A stretch of DNA of 64,000 bases from an uncultured Gemmatimonadaceae bacterium (GTDB lineage Bacteria; Gemmatimonadota; Gemmatimonadetes; Gemmatimonadales; Gemmatimonadaceae), in assembly GCA_963781585.1 (NCBI GenBank), contig CAWAGQ010000015.1, forward strand, positions 31,474 to 95,473, given 5' to 3'. The notes under the pieces are model-generated. The model was not told the DNA's origin. It did no database searches and was given only the letters and a program-made list of their open reading frames with translations. A program made the translations under genes and the position numbers. This document shows positions 7,732 through 17,946 of the stretch, in pieces (position 1 is the first letter of the stretch; the number at the start of each line of letters is the position of its first letter).

Positions 7732-10148
7732 CTGGGGACCGATTCCTGGGAATGCACTCCTGCGAGAGGCGGGGCCGCGGCATCAACTGCCACGTGGAAA
7801 TCCCGGCCCACCCATTCCGCGCTGTCGCGCCATTGGAATGTGAAGTCTACCACGCGCGCCTGTGACGACGGAGCTACGCCGAGCTCGAAGGCGTGCAGAC
7901 CAAGGCCGGTATCGTCGGTCTCACCATCGGACGGACTCTGCCAGCCATTCACACCCCAGTGGATGCGCGCAGCACGGGGCACCGCCACCACGAGCGACGA
8001 CCCGCGCTCGATCCGGCCAATGGGCGCATGAAGGCACCAGATGGCGCGCCGGGCATCCGGCCGCCGGCCGCCGTAACGCCGCCACACCGCCGCCGGCCGG
8101 TCGAACGGATATCCCAGGTGACGCGAGATCATCAGCTTCAGAAACTCCGCGTGCGCCCACACCAAGGGCATGGCCGCTCCGGTGGGCCGGCCCGGGAAGA
8201 GCCGCAGTGCCGGCAGGGCATCCGTGTCCCACACCTGCTCCGGCATCATGCCGCCCGGTCCCACCATTGCCGCCATCACTTTCAGATAGGACGAGGGATC
8301 GTTACCCGCGGCCAGCTCGTAGTGCCCGCGCTCGCCCGTCAGCAGCGGCCAGGCACGTCCCCGGCCACTCCCATCGAACGGACGGCCGTCGCGATGCTCG
8401 CCATATCCGTCGCCATTGTAGCGATGCCACGCGGGCCCACTCGGCGTCTCCACCTTGAGCAGGGCGTCGGCCACCTTCAGGCTGCCGCGAACGCACGGAT
8501 CGTCCGGCGCCCGCAGACCGAAACGCACGAGCTGCAGGAAATCCAGGCTGACCTGCTCGTCGGCCGGCACGCCGGACATCTGTCGCCGATTCTTGATCTC
8601 GAGCATGCCCTCCAGCGACGCGCGGTCGTGCAGCACCTCCGGGGGCGCCACTCGCACGTAGTAGCTTTCCACGCCAACACGCCTGGCGAGTGGCGTGTCC
8701 TGCGCCGCCATCCACGACTCGGCGCGCGAATTCCAGAAATCGGCCAGCGCGAGGGCGAGCCGCTTCGCCGGCGCGTGCACGAACTCCGCACCCGCAACCA
8801 GTGCCGCGATACACACCGCCAGCGTGAACGGATTGATCCCCGCGTTCTCTTCCCACCGGTCCTGGTCGCTCGATGGTCCCGTGGTCGCGAGGAACGACAG
8901 GGCACGAGCGATCATGTCGTGCACCACGATGCCCTGCAGAGCATCGCGCTCCGCGAGCGCGGCAGCGAGCAGCACCGGGAACGCGACCTCGTCCAGCTGC
9001 AGACCTTCCCAGTATGGAGTCCCGCCAAGCCACTGGTTCTGGTTCCAGCTTCCGTCCTGCCTCTGGGTGGCGATCAGGTAGCGGAGGGTGTTGCGTGCCT
9101 CCTTCTCGGCGCCTAACGCGAGAAAGGCGCTCGCGCACTGCACCAGGTCGCGCGGCCACACCAGGTGATAGCCGCCGCGATCGTCCCGGCTGTTGCCCCA
9201 CGGTACGCTCAGGCTCGCGACCATCGCGCCGGGATACGTCTTGTCGCAGTGCGCGCGCAGCACCATGGTGGAGAGATGGAACTGCTCGGCGAACTCGTCT
9301 GCCTCATCGGGTCGGAGCAGGGTGCGTCGTTCGCGGCGCGCATGCCACTGGCGCCACATCTCGATCTGGCGCTCGAGGATGGAATCGAACGGCTGCATCA
9401 GAGTCGAAACAGCCAGCGTGGCAGCCGAGTGCATGCTGCTCCCGAAACCGAGCCCCAGGACCGACACGCGGGGCAGCGCCCCGATCATGGCGACGTTCCC
9501 GGGACCGGCGCTGGCGTACTGCCACGTGAGGGCGCCGTTGCGATGAAAATCCTGCCAGCCGTCGCTCTCGCCCACATACCCGGCGCTGGCGGCGCCCAGC
9601 GCGTCCTGCTGGGCCTCGTCCACGGCCGCCAGCGCGAGCCCGAAAGGTCCCTGCTCCGCCGCCAGCACACGGCGCGTTCCATAGCGCGCGATGACCGCCG
9701 TGTTCTCACGGCCACTGGTGCCGAGTCGGGGAGCGATGAGCACGTAGGGCCGAAGGTCGTCGTCGCCGGTAAGGCGCACGTCGATCACCAGCGCGTCCCG
9801 GTCGGGATCCGGCGTAATCCTCAGTGCGAGGGCGAAGCGCTCGTGCGTGTGGACGATCTCGACGGCGGGTGTCCCCGGGCCGAGCAGCCGCAATCGGTAG
9901 TTCTCGAGGCGTTTGACCTCGACCCAGAACCCACGTCCGTCGCCAACGATGAACCCGAGGTCGCGAATCTGCGCCAGGTCCACTCTCGGATAGTATACCT
10001 CGTTGATGATTCCGAAGCCGAGCGTGAACCAGACGCGCGACCGGCCCAGCGCGCAGCCGACAACGTCCTTGGCGCTGCTGCACCAGGTGGGCGCGATACC
10101 CGGACTGCCTGGGGCCTCGCCTCGTGGCTCTTCTCCGGAATCATGCAT
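7728..10148 (-). CDS. Glucoamylase / glucodextranase (GH15)
   Basis: APGSPG..PTW.S.AKD N-terminus, ASLSVPWG, GYHLVWPRD, QLDE, QDRWEE, RYNGDGYGE, WPLLTGERG, MPEQVW, PLVWAHAEF. Confidence 0.92.
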   Translation of the reverse strand: MHDSGEEPRGEAPGSPGIAPTWCSSAKDVVGCALGRSRVWFTLGFGIINEVYYPRVDLAQIRDLGFIVGDGRGFWVEVKRLENYRLRLLGPGTPAVEIVHTHERFALALRITPDPDRDALVIDVRLTGDDDLRPYVLIAPRLGTSGRENTAVIARYGTRRVLAAEQGPFGLALAAVDEAQQDALGAASAGYVGESDGWQDFHRNGALTWQYASAGPGNVAMIGALPRVSVLGLGFGSSMHSAATLAVSTLMQPFDSILERQIEMWRQWHARRERRTLLRPDEADEFAEQFHLSTMVLRAHCDKTYPGAMVASLSVPWGNSRDDRGGYHLVWPRDLVQCASAFLALGAEKEARNTLRYLIATQRQDGSWNQNQWLGGTPYWEGLQLDEVAFPVLLAAALAERDALQGIVVHDMIARALSFLATTGPSSDQDRWEENAGINPFTLAVCIAALVAGAEFVHAPAKRLALALADFWNSRAESWMAAQDTPLARRVGVESYYVRVAPPEVLHDRASLEGMLEIKNRRQMSGVPADEQVSLDFLQLVRFGLRAPDDPCVRGSLKVADALLKVETPSGPAWHRYNGDGYGEHRDGRPFDGSGRGRAWPLLTGERGHYELAAGNDPSSYLKVMAAMVGPGGMMPEQVWDTDALPALRLFPGRPTGAAMPLVWAHAEFLKLMISRHLGYPFDRPAAVWRRYGGRRPDARRAIWCLHAPIGRIERGSSLVVAVPRAARIHWGVNGWQSPSDGETDDTGLGLHAFELGVAPSSQARVVDFTFQWRDSAEWVGRDFHVAVDAAAPPLAGVHSQESVPR

Positions 10149-10223
10149 GTCGCGTTCTCGTCGTTATGGAATCCGATGATGATGGCGACGCGCCCGACTT
10201 CGGGCCACATTCACGATAGTAAC

Positions 10224-11207
10224 ATGCGGCGCTGCCGTGTCTTGAAGCCTCGAAGCACGACGGGTTCCACACTCTGGGGCGCCGCCCTGGCGATCGGTCT
10301 GGCGCTGGTGCCCATCAGGGCCCGGGCGCAGGGCCCCACAAGCACCCTCACCGGGGTGGTGCGCGACACCTCCGGTCTTCCCCTTGCCCAGGCGGTCGTC
10401 GCGCTCGATCCCGGCGGAGCCATTCGCGCCACACGCGCCGATGCCCAGGGACGATTTCGATTCGAGCGCGTGCCGCGCGGCCCGCATGAGCTGCGCACCA
10501 CATGGATCGGCTATCGTCCGGAAGACCGGTTCATCGACGTCAACGAAGCAGTGGTGCAACTCGAGATCGTGCTCGTGCCGGTGCCCTATCAACTCGATAC
10601 CATGGAGATCGTGGCGCGACGCACGGGCATCCAGGGCACGGTCATTTCACACACGCCTTTCCGGCCGCTCCCCAGCGCATCCGTCGAGGCCATGGGTACA
10701 CGATTCAAGACCGGGAGCGGGGCAGACGGACGGTTCGATCTTCCGGAGCTCGGAGAAGGCGCGTACGCCATCGAGGCCCGGCACGACGGGTTCAAGACTC
10801 GTGTGATCTCGGCCGCCGTCGCGCGCGAAGGGGCGACCGAGGTCGCGCTAATCCTCGATTCGTTGAACACGAAAGCCGCGCGCATCGCCGAGCATCTGAT
10901 GCGCGACATGGAGCATCGCGTGCATTGGCGAAGTACCAGCACGTCGGCCATCGTCGGCCGGCAGGAGCTGGCCGCCAAGGGCGACCAGTCGCTCGACGTG
11001 GCGCTGCGGTACGCGCCATCGGTTCTGGTGAAGGGGCTCTACGGGGAGTACGTAGACGTCTGCGGCATATTCGTCGACGGGCGTCGCGAGATCATCCGCC
11101 GTCTCAAGGACTTCAAAGCGGACGAGGTGATCATGGTGGAGGTGTATCGGGAGAGAATGTGCAGGCGCCGGCTCAGCGTGACGGTCTTCATCTGGCTGAA
11201 GCATTGA
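10224..11207 (+). CDS. Secreted protein with two carboxypeptidase-regulatory-like domains and a C-terminal plug-like domain (copy 1)
   Basis: Signal ending ARAQ, LTGVVRDTSGLPLAQAVV, ADAQGRFRF, second domain with ADGRFDL, C-terminal FVDG...VEVY...VFIWLKH. Confidence 0.75.
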   Translation: MRRCRVLKPRSTTGSTLWGAALAIGLALVPIRARAQGPTSTLTGVVRDTSGLPLAQAVVALDPGGAIRATRADAQGRFRFERVPRGPHELRTTWIGYRPEDRFIDVNEAVVQLEIVLVPVPYQLDTMEIVARRTGIQGTVISHTPFRPLPSASVEAMGTRFKTGSGADGRFDLPELGEGAYAIEARHDGFKTRVISAAVAREGATEVALILDSLNTKAARIAEHLMRDMEHRVHWRSTSTSAIVGRQELAAKGDQSLDVALRYAPSVLVKGLYGEYVDVCGIFVDGRREIIRRLKDFKADEVIMVEVYRERMCRRRLSVTVFIWLKH

Positions 11208-12238
11208 TGTCTTGTTGCCATTCCGGTCTCACGGGGCGTTGGGCTGGAGCCCTCTCGAGGCACTTCGGCATCGTCGTGACCGCGGCGCTGATCCTGCATC
11301 ACGTCCCGGCCCGGGCGCAGGGAGCCACCAGCACGCTCACCGGCGTGGTGCGCGACACGTCCGGTCTTCCCCTTGCCCAGGCGGTCGTCGCACTCGATCC
11401 CGGTGGAGATATCCGCGCGACCCGCGCCGACTCGGCCGGTCGGTTCCGATTCGAACGAGTGCGCCGCGGCGCCCACGAGCTGCGCACCACATGGCTTGGC
11501 TACCGGCCCGAGGACCGGCTCATCGACATCACCGAAGCGGTCGTGCAACTGGAGATCGTTCTTGTCCCGCTCCCCTACCAGCTCGACACGATGGAGATTC
11601 GCGCCCGGCGCAGCGGCATCGAGGGAACAGTCATTGCCCACGCCACCTTTCGACCGCTTGCCGGCGCCGACGCCGAAGCGCTCGGCACCAGGTTCCGGAC
11701 GCGCACCACCACCGACGGTCGCTTCACGCTGCCGCAGCTCGGCGAGGGGGCGTACGCGATCGAGGCGCGGCATGACGGATTCAAGACGCGTGTGATCTCG
11801 GCGGCGGTTGCGCGCGAAGGCGCCACGGAAGTTGCGTTGAGTCTCGATTCGCTGCACACCAAGGCCGAGAAGATCGCCGAACATCTCATGCGCGACATGG
11901 AGTCGCGCATTCACTGGCGCAGCATGGCCAATTCGGCGATCGTCGGCCGGCAGGAGCTCGCGGCAAAGCGCGATCAATCGTTGGAGACGGCCCTGCGCTA
12001 CGCTCCGTCAGTGCTCGTCAAGGGATTGATGACGGGGACGCTGAACGTGTGCAATATTGTGGTGGATGGTCGCCCGGACATCATCCGGCGTCTCGGCGAC
12101 TTTCGCGCGGACGAGGTGTCGATGGTCGAAGTGTACGGCGTGCGCGTCTGTTCGGGTCGCTCCATGGGCGGCATGCCGGTCATCGTCGACCATCCGGGTC
12201 GGCCAGGCGTGAACGTGTTCATCTGGCTGAAGCACTGA
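11207..12238 (+). CDS. Tandem paralogue of the preceding secreted protein (copy 2)
   Basis: TGATG stop/start overlap at 11205-11209; colinear and highly similar to copy 1, same VFIWLKH terminus. Confidence 0.78.
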   Translation: MSCCHSGLTGRWAGALSRHFGIVVTAALILHHVPARAQGATSTLTGVVRDTSGLPLAQAVVALDPGGDIRATRADSAGRFRFERVRRGAHELRTTWLGYRPEDRLIDITEAVVQLEIVLVPLPYQLDTMEIRARRSGIEGTVIAHATFRPLAGADAEALGTRFRTRTTTDGRFTLPQLGEGAYAIEARHDGFKTRVISAAVAREGATEVALSLDSLHTKAEKIAEHLMRDMESRIHWRSMANSAIVGRQELAAKRDQSLETALRYAPSVLVKGLMTGTLNVCNIVVDGRPDIIRRLGDFRADEVSMVEVYGVRVCSGRSMGGMPVIVDHPGRPGVNVFIWLKH

Positions 12239-12262
12239 CCCATCCCGATGGGACAAATCCGG

Positions 12263-13129
12263 CTAAAAACGTCGGATCGCTGACGGTCCGGTCCGGCTCT
12301 CGCCTTCTCCCGAGCGAATTCGCCTGGAGAAATCCTCCGCGGCCCCGATCGCGCGCGCCCGATCACTCACGTAGGCCCGCCGCCTCAGCTCGGGAAAAGC
12401 CAGGCTGGTGTCCAGCAGGCCGATGTCGTACGCCAGTGCGTCGGCGAACCCCGGCAGGATGAAACGGTAGCTGAACGGGACGCGTCCCGGAACGAGATCA
12501 TTGACGTGTCGCACAATCGTCGTGGTGCAATTCCGCGTGAGCGTGTTGTAGAACTCGGGCCGGCTGCGCAAGGCGTTCGCTCGCTTCAGCATCGAGACGA
12601 ACAGCGCGCGCCCTCGCTCGGCGGTGGTGTGCACGCGATACAGAAAGACGCTGTCCGGACGGAAGTTCGTGCGTACTCGCAGAATGTCGCGCTCATCGGC
12701 CACCACGTACATCAGCTCGTACTGGCGGAACAGTCCACTGAGCGCATTGTACTCCTCGCCAGCCTCCTTGCGGGCCTCGACCGAGATGCCGACGTACTCG
12801 GAGTCGGCGAAGCCGAAGCTGACGAACGTATGGGCGACCGCGCGTTCGCCGGTGAACGGCACGACCACGTACCACACCGAGCTCAGCCGGGAGAGGTCGA
12901 ACGTGCGTTCCTCCCAGCGAGCAACGGCATCGTCGGACGATCGATAGTCGAAATTCCGTACGTTGCGCACAACGACCGTGTCACCCCGAAACGTGGCATC
13001 CGGCAGCCTTGCTTCGTCGACCTTCCAGTTCCGGGCATTCGACGGATGCCTCGTGGCGAGCCATCCCGCACCCGCCAGCACCGATGCGCCGACGATGGCC
13101 AGCGCGATGCGCCATGGTCTGATCCTCAC
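12263..13129 (-). CDS. DUF4105 / Lnb N-terminal-like domain protein
   Basis: N-terminal TM anchor, VRNVRNFDY, AHTFVSFGF, ISVEARKE, QYEL.YV.ADERD, FYNTLTRNCTT. GTG start inferred. Confidence 0.85.
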   Translation of the reverse strand: MRIRPWRIALAIVGASVLAGAGWLATRHPSNARNWKVDEARLPDATFRGDTVVVRNVRNFDYRSSDDAVARWEERTFDLSRLSSVWYVVVPFTGERAVAHTFVSFGFADSEYVGISVEARKEAGEEYNALSGLFRQYELMYVVADERDILRVRTNFRPDSVFLYRVHTTAERGRALFVSMLKRANALRSRPEFYNTLTRNCTTTIVRHVNDLVPGRVPFSYRFILPGFADALAYDIGLLDTSLAFPELRRRAYVSDRARAIGAAEDFSRRIRSGEGESRTGPSAIRRF

Positions 13130-13325
13130 TGGCGGAAGGTACGCCGGCACGGGCGCGGCCAGCAACCAGGCGGTCGGCGCCCCTTGGAGAATTGGCGAGA
13201 CGGTTGACACGCAGACGCGAGCCGGCAACAGTTGCGCCCTGATGCAGCCTGGCCATCCGCCGCTTGATGGTTCGACAGGGCGGAGGAGCGACGCGACAAC
13301 CTGATGTCTCCTTGGGGGGGTGCCG

Positions 13326-13766
13326 ATGAAGGGGCTCGTGCTCGCACACCCACGTTTTGTGCTCGCCGCATCGGCCGCCGGACTCTGGGTGGTGGCCAGC
13401 GGGATGGTCATGGCGGCGACATTCGGATACCGCGAGATGCGCGTCGCGTTCGACGCCGTGGGACTGCCGATCCCGCAGGGCGCGGCGCCGCTGATCGTTC
13501 ATACGATCGTCCGGCTCCTGCTGGGCGCGTCGGTCGTCGGACTCTACGCGATCATTTCACAGCTCCTGTCGCCCACGCCGTCCCTCCTGATCGCCGCGGC
13601 GTTCGCCTGGCTGCTTTCGATGGTGCTTCCTTACGCCGTGATCGCAGAATGGGGACTGTTCCCCTGGTCGCTCGCAGCCAAGCTGTGGCTGTGGAGCGCG
13701 GCGGAATTGTTGATCGCCGGAGTAATTGGCAGACAGTTGTACCGGATTCCGCGCGCACCCTCCTGA
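13326..13766 (+). CDS. Small multi-pass membrane protein, unknown function
   Basis: About four hydrophobic helices, plausible codon usage. Confidence 0.65.
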   Translation: MKGLVLAHPRFVLAASAAGLWVVASGMVMAATFGYREMRVAFDAVGLPIPQGAAPLIVHTIVRLLLGASVVGLYAIISQLLSPTPSLLIAAAFAWLLSMVLPYAVIAEWGLFPWSLAAKLWLWSAAELLIAGVIGRQLYRIPRAPS

Positions 13767-13838
13767 GAGACAGGCACGCAGCTGTGCTTCGCGTCGCGGC
13801 AACCCTCCCGACACGTCAGTCGGACTAATAGCGGGAAG

Positions 13839-13859
13839 AGGCCACAGGCCATAGGCCAG
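13839..13859 (+). repeat. Heptamer tandem repeat AGGCCAC/AGGCCAT/AGGCCAG x3
   Basis: Directly visible in the intergenic sequence. Confidence 0.7.
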
Positions 13860-13935
13860 GATGGAAGTCCTCGTTCGTGATGCTCCTGGCTACCGACGCT
13901 GGACACCAGCCTCCCCTCTCACCACCTCCTGCTCC

Positions 13936-15045
13936 GTGTCCCGACTTCCCTCCGTATTCGTGGCTGCAGCGGTGCTGTGCGCCACCCCGTGCGATGTTCG
14001 TGCTCAGGGGTCGGCGTACGCGACCCTTGGCGCCAGAATCGCCGCATCGTCCCCTCCCTTCACGCACGTCAGTGGGGTGGTGGAACTCTCCGGCAATCGC
14101 ATTCTCGTTGCCGACGACAAGGAGAACCGGCTCTCGCTTCTCGACCTGCGCACCGGCGCGACACGCAACATCGGGCGGACGGGTTCAGGCCCCGGGGAGT
14201 TCCGACTCATTGGCGAGCTGTTGCCCAGACCGGCGGGAGCCGCGTACCTCACGGACTTCGTTCAACGCCGCCTCCTTCCCATCACCGACGACGCCACGTT
14301 CACGAACACGATCCGCTTCCCGGGATCCATCCTCGTGCATGGGATCGATGGTCGGGGACGCATCTATGGTGAAACGTTCCTGCCGCGGGTTGGCACCGCG
14401 CCTGACGATTCAATGCTGATCGTGCGCTGGGATCCGGCGGTCCCGCACTTCGACACCCTCACGAAGTACGACGCGGCTGTTTCGCAGATGATCGTCCGGC
14501 CGGGCGGCACGTATCACGTCTTCCATCCGAAGGATGCCTGGGTGGCGACGTCGGAAGGCGACATCGCCGTCGTGAACGCCGCCACGTATCAGGTCAGCTG
14601 GCCTGTCGGCGCGCGTGGCACCACGCCCGTCTCGGTTCCGTGGCAGCCGCTTCCGGTCACCGATGCGGACAGGAAGGCGTACCTCGCCGCGCAGGCGTCA
14701 CAGCGCACCACGGTGCTCGGGAATCCGGGAGCGGGCGCCGCGTCGGCACCGCGCCCGGAAATCCACTACGACTTCCCGGCCTTCCTTCCCGCATTTCCGG
14801 AGGATGCGCTGCGTATCGCTCCGGGCGACCGGATCTGGGTGGAGCGGTCGCGGCCGGCGAGCGACACGCTGTCTCGATTCGACGTCCTCGATGCGGCCGA
14901 CGGGCACTTGATTGGCCGCGTCGCGTTGCCGCCGCGCACACGGCTGGTGGGCTTCGGCAAACAGAGCGTCTTCCTGGTCGAGAAGGACCAGGACGACCTC
15001 GAATACGTGCGACAGTTCGTGATGCCGCCATTGAGCAGCCGCTGA
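13936..15045 (+). CDS. Secreted 6-bladed beta-propeller (NHL-like) protein
   Basis: Signal ending VRAQ, IGRTGSGPGEFR motif, C-terminal G.IWV...FDV...G..IGRV.LP pattern. Confidence 0.75.
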   Translation: MSRLPSVFVAAAVLCATPCDVRAQGSAYATLGARIAASSPPFTHVSGVVELSGNRILVADDKENRLSLLDLRTGATRNIGRTGSGPGEFRLIGELLPRPAGAAYLTDFVQRRLLPITDDATFTNTIRFPGSILVHGIDGRGRIYGETFLPRVGTAPDDSMLIVRWDPAVPHFDTLTKYDAAVSQMIVRPGGTYHVFHPKDAWVATSEGDIAVVNAATYQVSWPVGARGTTPVSVPWQPLPVTDADRKAYLAAQASQRTTVLGNPGAGAASAPRPEIHYDFPAFLPAFPEDALRIAPGDRIWVERSRPASDTLSRFDVLDAADGHLIGRVALPPRTRLVGFGKQSVFLVEKDQDDLEYVRQFVMPPLSSR

Positions 15046-15104
15046 TCGCTCTCCGCTTCGCCGGGGAGCGACTTCGGCGCGCCGCGGTGCGGCGTGCGGC
15101 CGTG

Positions 15105-17216
15105 TCAGGACTTCTTCGGTGCGAGCTTGATCGATCCCTGCGCCTCCCGTGCGCGCAGCACCGCCATCACGTCGCCCAGCGGCAGCGGCGTGAACTCGCC
15201 CGAGAGAAAGTCCCGGATCTGCAATACCGAGAGGTGTTTGCCGAGCAGGATGCTGAACTCCGCGTTGAACTCGTCAGGCAGCGAAGGGCCTCCAGCTCCG
15301 CGGCCTCCTCTCCCTCCGCCTCCACCACCTCCTCCTCCCCCTCCCCGACCCCCGCGTCCTCCCGCGTTAGGCACCTGCTCCACGACAAGGTTCGCCGCCT
15401 CCCGTTCCTCGGTCGTCATCGCCGGCTCCGGTGCCGGCACCCCGCGCTGCACGGCCTGGAGCTGGTAGGCGGCCTTCGCCTCGCTCAACAGACCAACGGC
15501 GCGCTGATCGATCAGCGGCTCGAACGCCGCCGTCCGCTTGTTCCCCTCATCGACATTGGTCCACAGCACGCTCGCTGACCGCACGACCGCCTTCTCGATG
15601 CGTGCCTGATGCTGGATGGCCACGCGTGCTTCCTTGTACGCCCGCAGGAGTGACGCCGCATCGGTCGCGTCGGCCATGTAGCCCAGCCCCTTGGTGTGCG
15701 ACTCACCCATCCGCGAGAGCCCGCGGCCCAGGTTCTCGTTCACCACCCGCGCGGCCATCTCGTCGGTTCCGGTGGACAGTACGGCGAGGGCGCCAAGTCC
15801 CACTGCCGCCGCGCGCTTGTACTGGGTGGGGTCCTGCTTGTCGGGGGTGTCCTCCGACGAGTGATACCACATGTCGGGCCAGGTAATGAACATGACCGCC
15901 GGAATGCCGTGCTGCATATAGGTCACGTGGTCGCTCGACCCGTAGTGCTTGTCGATCCTGATGTAGAAGGCGTCCTTGCTGCCGCGCGGTGATTCCACGG
16001 GCTCCGTGGGCGCGTACCCACCCCGGCGGTACCGCACCCGTTCGCGCGAGATATCGGCGATGTATTCCATCACGCTCTGGGCGATGTCGTTCAGGTATGA
16101 CGGGAACGTGTCGGGAGTGCGTTGCAGTACCCAGTAGCTTCGGCTGTCGCCGACCCGTATCGCCTCCATGTCGAAGTTGAGCGTACCGATGATGTTTTTC
16201 GCCTTCTGTGGGTGCGCGTTGAGAAAAGCGTTCGTCCCGGAGATCTCGGGCACCCACTGGAAGTTGATCGTTCGCCCGGGGCGGGGCAGCTTCCCCTCGG
16301 CGATCAGCTTGAGATAGGCCCGTCCGATCTCGAGCGTCAGGGCACACCCCGAGTTGTCGTCGTTGGCCCCCTGCTTAATCACCCCCTCGTAGAGGTGCCC
16401 GCTGAGGGCCACTTCCTGCGTCGTGCTCCCGTCACCCGGGATCTCGGCGTGGACGTACTCCGCCTTGTTAGGCACCTCGACACTCTTCGTGATGGACCGG
16501 ATAGTGATGTGGTCGCCGCGGAGGAGCTGCGCCTCGAGCTCGTGGTGTACTTCCGGCGTGACCGACCAGGCGACGGTCCCGGGTTGCGCGTTCACCGTGG
16601 ACGAGACGATCTGGTTCGGGAAGTCGATCGCGCGCTGATAGCCGATGGCGCTGATCCCGAGGACGCCGATGGCGCCGCGTTGCACCGCCTGCTGGTAGGT
16701 GGCGTTGGTGGACCCTGACGACAGGACGAACTTCCCCTTCACGTCCTTCCCGTCGAAGTCCTGCGCCCGCCCCGGTCCGACATCCACCAGGTCAGCCGAG
16801 AGGTCGCCGTTGGCGTTGAGCGAGGCGAGGGCAAGTGCGAGGTCGTGGATGTCGAACAGCTTCACGCTCTTGGGCGCGGTCATCCACAGCTCGCCCTGGG
16901 TGGGCTGCCAGGCCGTGCCGCCCGACTGAAACACTTCTATGGATACGTTGCTGAAGCCGTACTGCTTCGCGAAGTCGGCCATCACGCGGCTCTCGCGATA
17001 TGGTCCCGAGTACTCCTCCGGCAGCCGCACGCGCTGGTACGGCACGAGTTCGAGCACCTGGTGCATCGCGCGTTCGCCCGACACCTCGTTGATGATGGCG
17101 GTCATCTGCTCCTGCGTGAGGAGTGTGCGGTCCTCGCGTTCCTGCGCGGCGAGGGACGCAGAGGCAGCGGGTGCGGCCAGAACGACCACGGTCAGCGCGA
17201 GTGCGGTGCGTGTCAT
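15105..17216 (-). CDS. M28 family metallopeptidase with PA domain, secreted
   Basis: SGHLYE, GANDDNSG, WVPEISG, NFDME, GSSDH, YHSSEDTPD; signal peptide MTRTALALTVVVLAAP; Gly-rich tract near the C-terminus. Confidence 0.88.
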   Translation of the reverse strand: MTRTALALTVVVLAAPAASASLAAQEREDRTLLTQEQMTAIINEVSGERAMHQVLELVPYQRVRLPEEYSGPYRESRVMADFAKQYGFSNVSIEVFQSGGTAWQPTQGELWMTAPKSVKLFDIHDLALALASLNANGDLSADLVDVGPGRAQDFDGKDVKGKFVLSSGSTNATYQQAVQRGAIGVLGISAIGYQRAIDFPNQIVSSTVNAQPGTVAWSVTPEVHHELEAQLLRGDHITIRSITKSVEVPNKAEYVHAEIPGDGSTTQEVALSGHLYEGVIKQGANDDNSGCALTLEIGRAYLKLIAEGKLPRPGRTINFQWVPEISGTNAFLNAHPQKAKNIIGTLNFDMEAIRVGDSRSYWVLQRTPDTFPSYLNDIAQSVMEYIADISRERVRYRRGGYAPTEPVESPRGSKDAFYIRIDKHYGSSDHVTYMQHGIPAVMFITWPDMWYHSSEDTPDKQDPTQYKRAAAVGLGALAVLSTGTDEMAARVVNENLGRGLSRMGESHTKGLGYMADATDAASLLRAYKEARVAIQHQARIEKAVVRSASVLWTNVDEGNKRTAAFEPLIDQRAVGLLSEAKAAYQLQAVQRGVPAPEPAMTTEEREAANLVVEQVPNAGGRGGRGGGGGGGGGGGRGGRGAGGPSLPDEFNAEFSILLGKHLSVLQIRDFLSGEFTPLPLGDVMAVLRAREAQGSIKLAPKKS

Positions 17217-17946
17217 GAGCGGCGACGTGGGGGGGGCGGCGTGCGACGGAGGGCTACGCGAGAGTATACGCCCCGACGACGGCCGGTGCGAGCATGTGAC
17301 CCGCGAGCGGCGCGGGGCTCGACCACCGCCTGCCAACCGGCGCGGCCGGCCTGGCGACCGCCCGCGCTCCGTCAGTCTGCTCGCATCACCGTGGTCGGAT
17401 CCATACGCGATGCGCGGCGCCCGGGAATCGGGCTCGCCAGCACGGTCCAGGTCACCCAGGCTGCTCACGCGCGCGTTCGCGCGCGGTTTCGGCGTCGGGG
17501 CCGCCTCCGAGCGCACCCGTCACTGCCGGGGTGGTCCGCACCACCGGCCGAGACCGCGTCACGGTATCCACCTGTCGTCCGCCCGCTTGTCCCTTCCCGC
17601 TGCCCTGTCGAGGCATTCCGGACCTCGCCGGCGGGGAGAGGAGACGTCGCCACGCCGGCTTCACTCGAAGATGGCCCGGCCGATGAATGGCGTCGCCAGG
17701 CCCGCCGCCCTTAGGTTGACCGGCAGCGAGCAACCTGGCGCGCGAAGTCGCGGTCGAGGCCATCCCGCCTCGAGCGGGGGCCGGCTTCTCGTCAGGCGCT
17801 GCGCCGCCCCTTCGGGCACGGGAGGCGCACGACAAAGCGGTCCACCGGACCCCGTTGACGTGCGCCCCCGTGCCCGAAGGCGCTTCAACCCGGGTCTCGT
17901 CAGGCGCCAGCCGGCGCGGCAAGTCCCCTTTCCCGAGGTCCGTCAC

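Noticed and set aside
9165..10223. N-terminal extension of the 680-aa ORF (and the 10502 start of the 578-aa ORF)
   Set aside because: These overlap real genes on the opposite strand or in another frame; signal peptides place the starts near 10224 and 11207.
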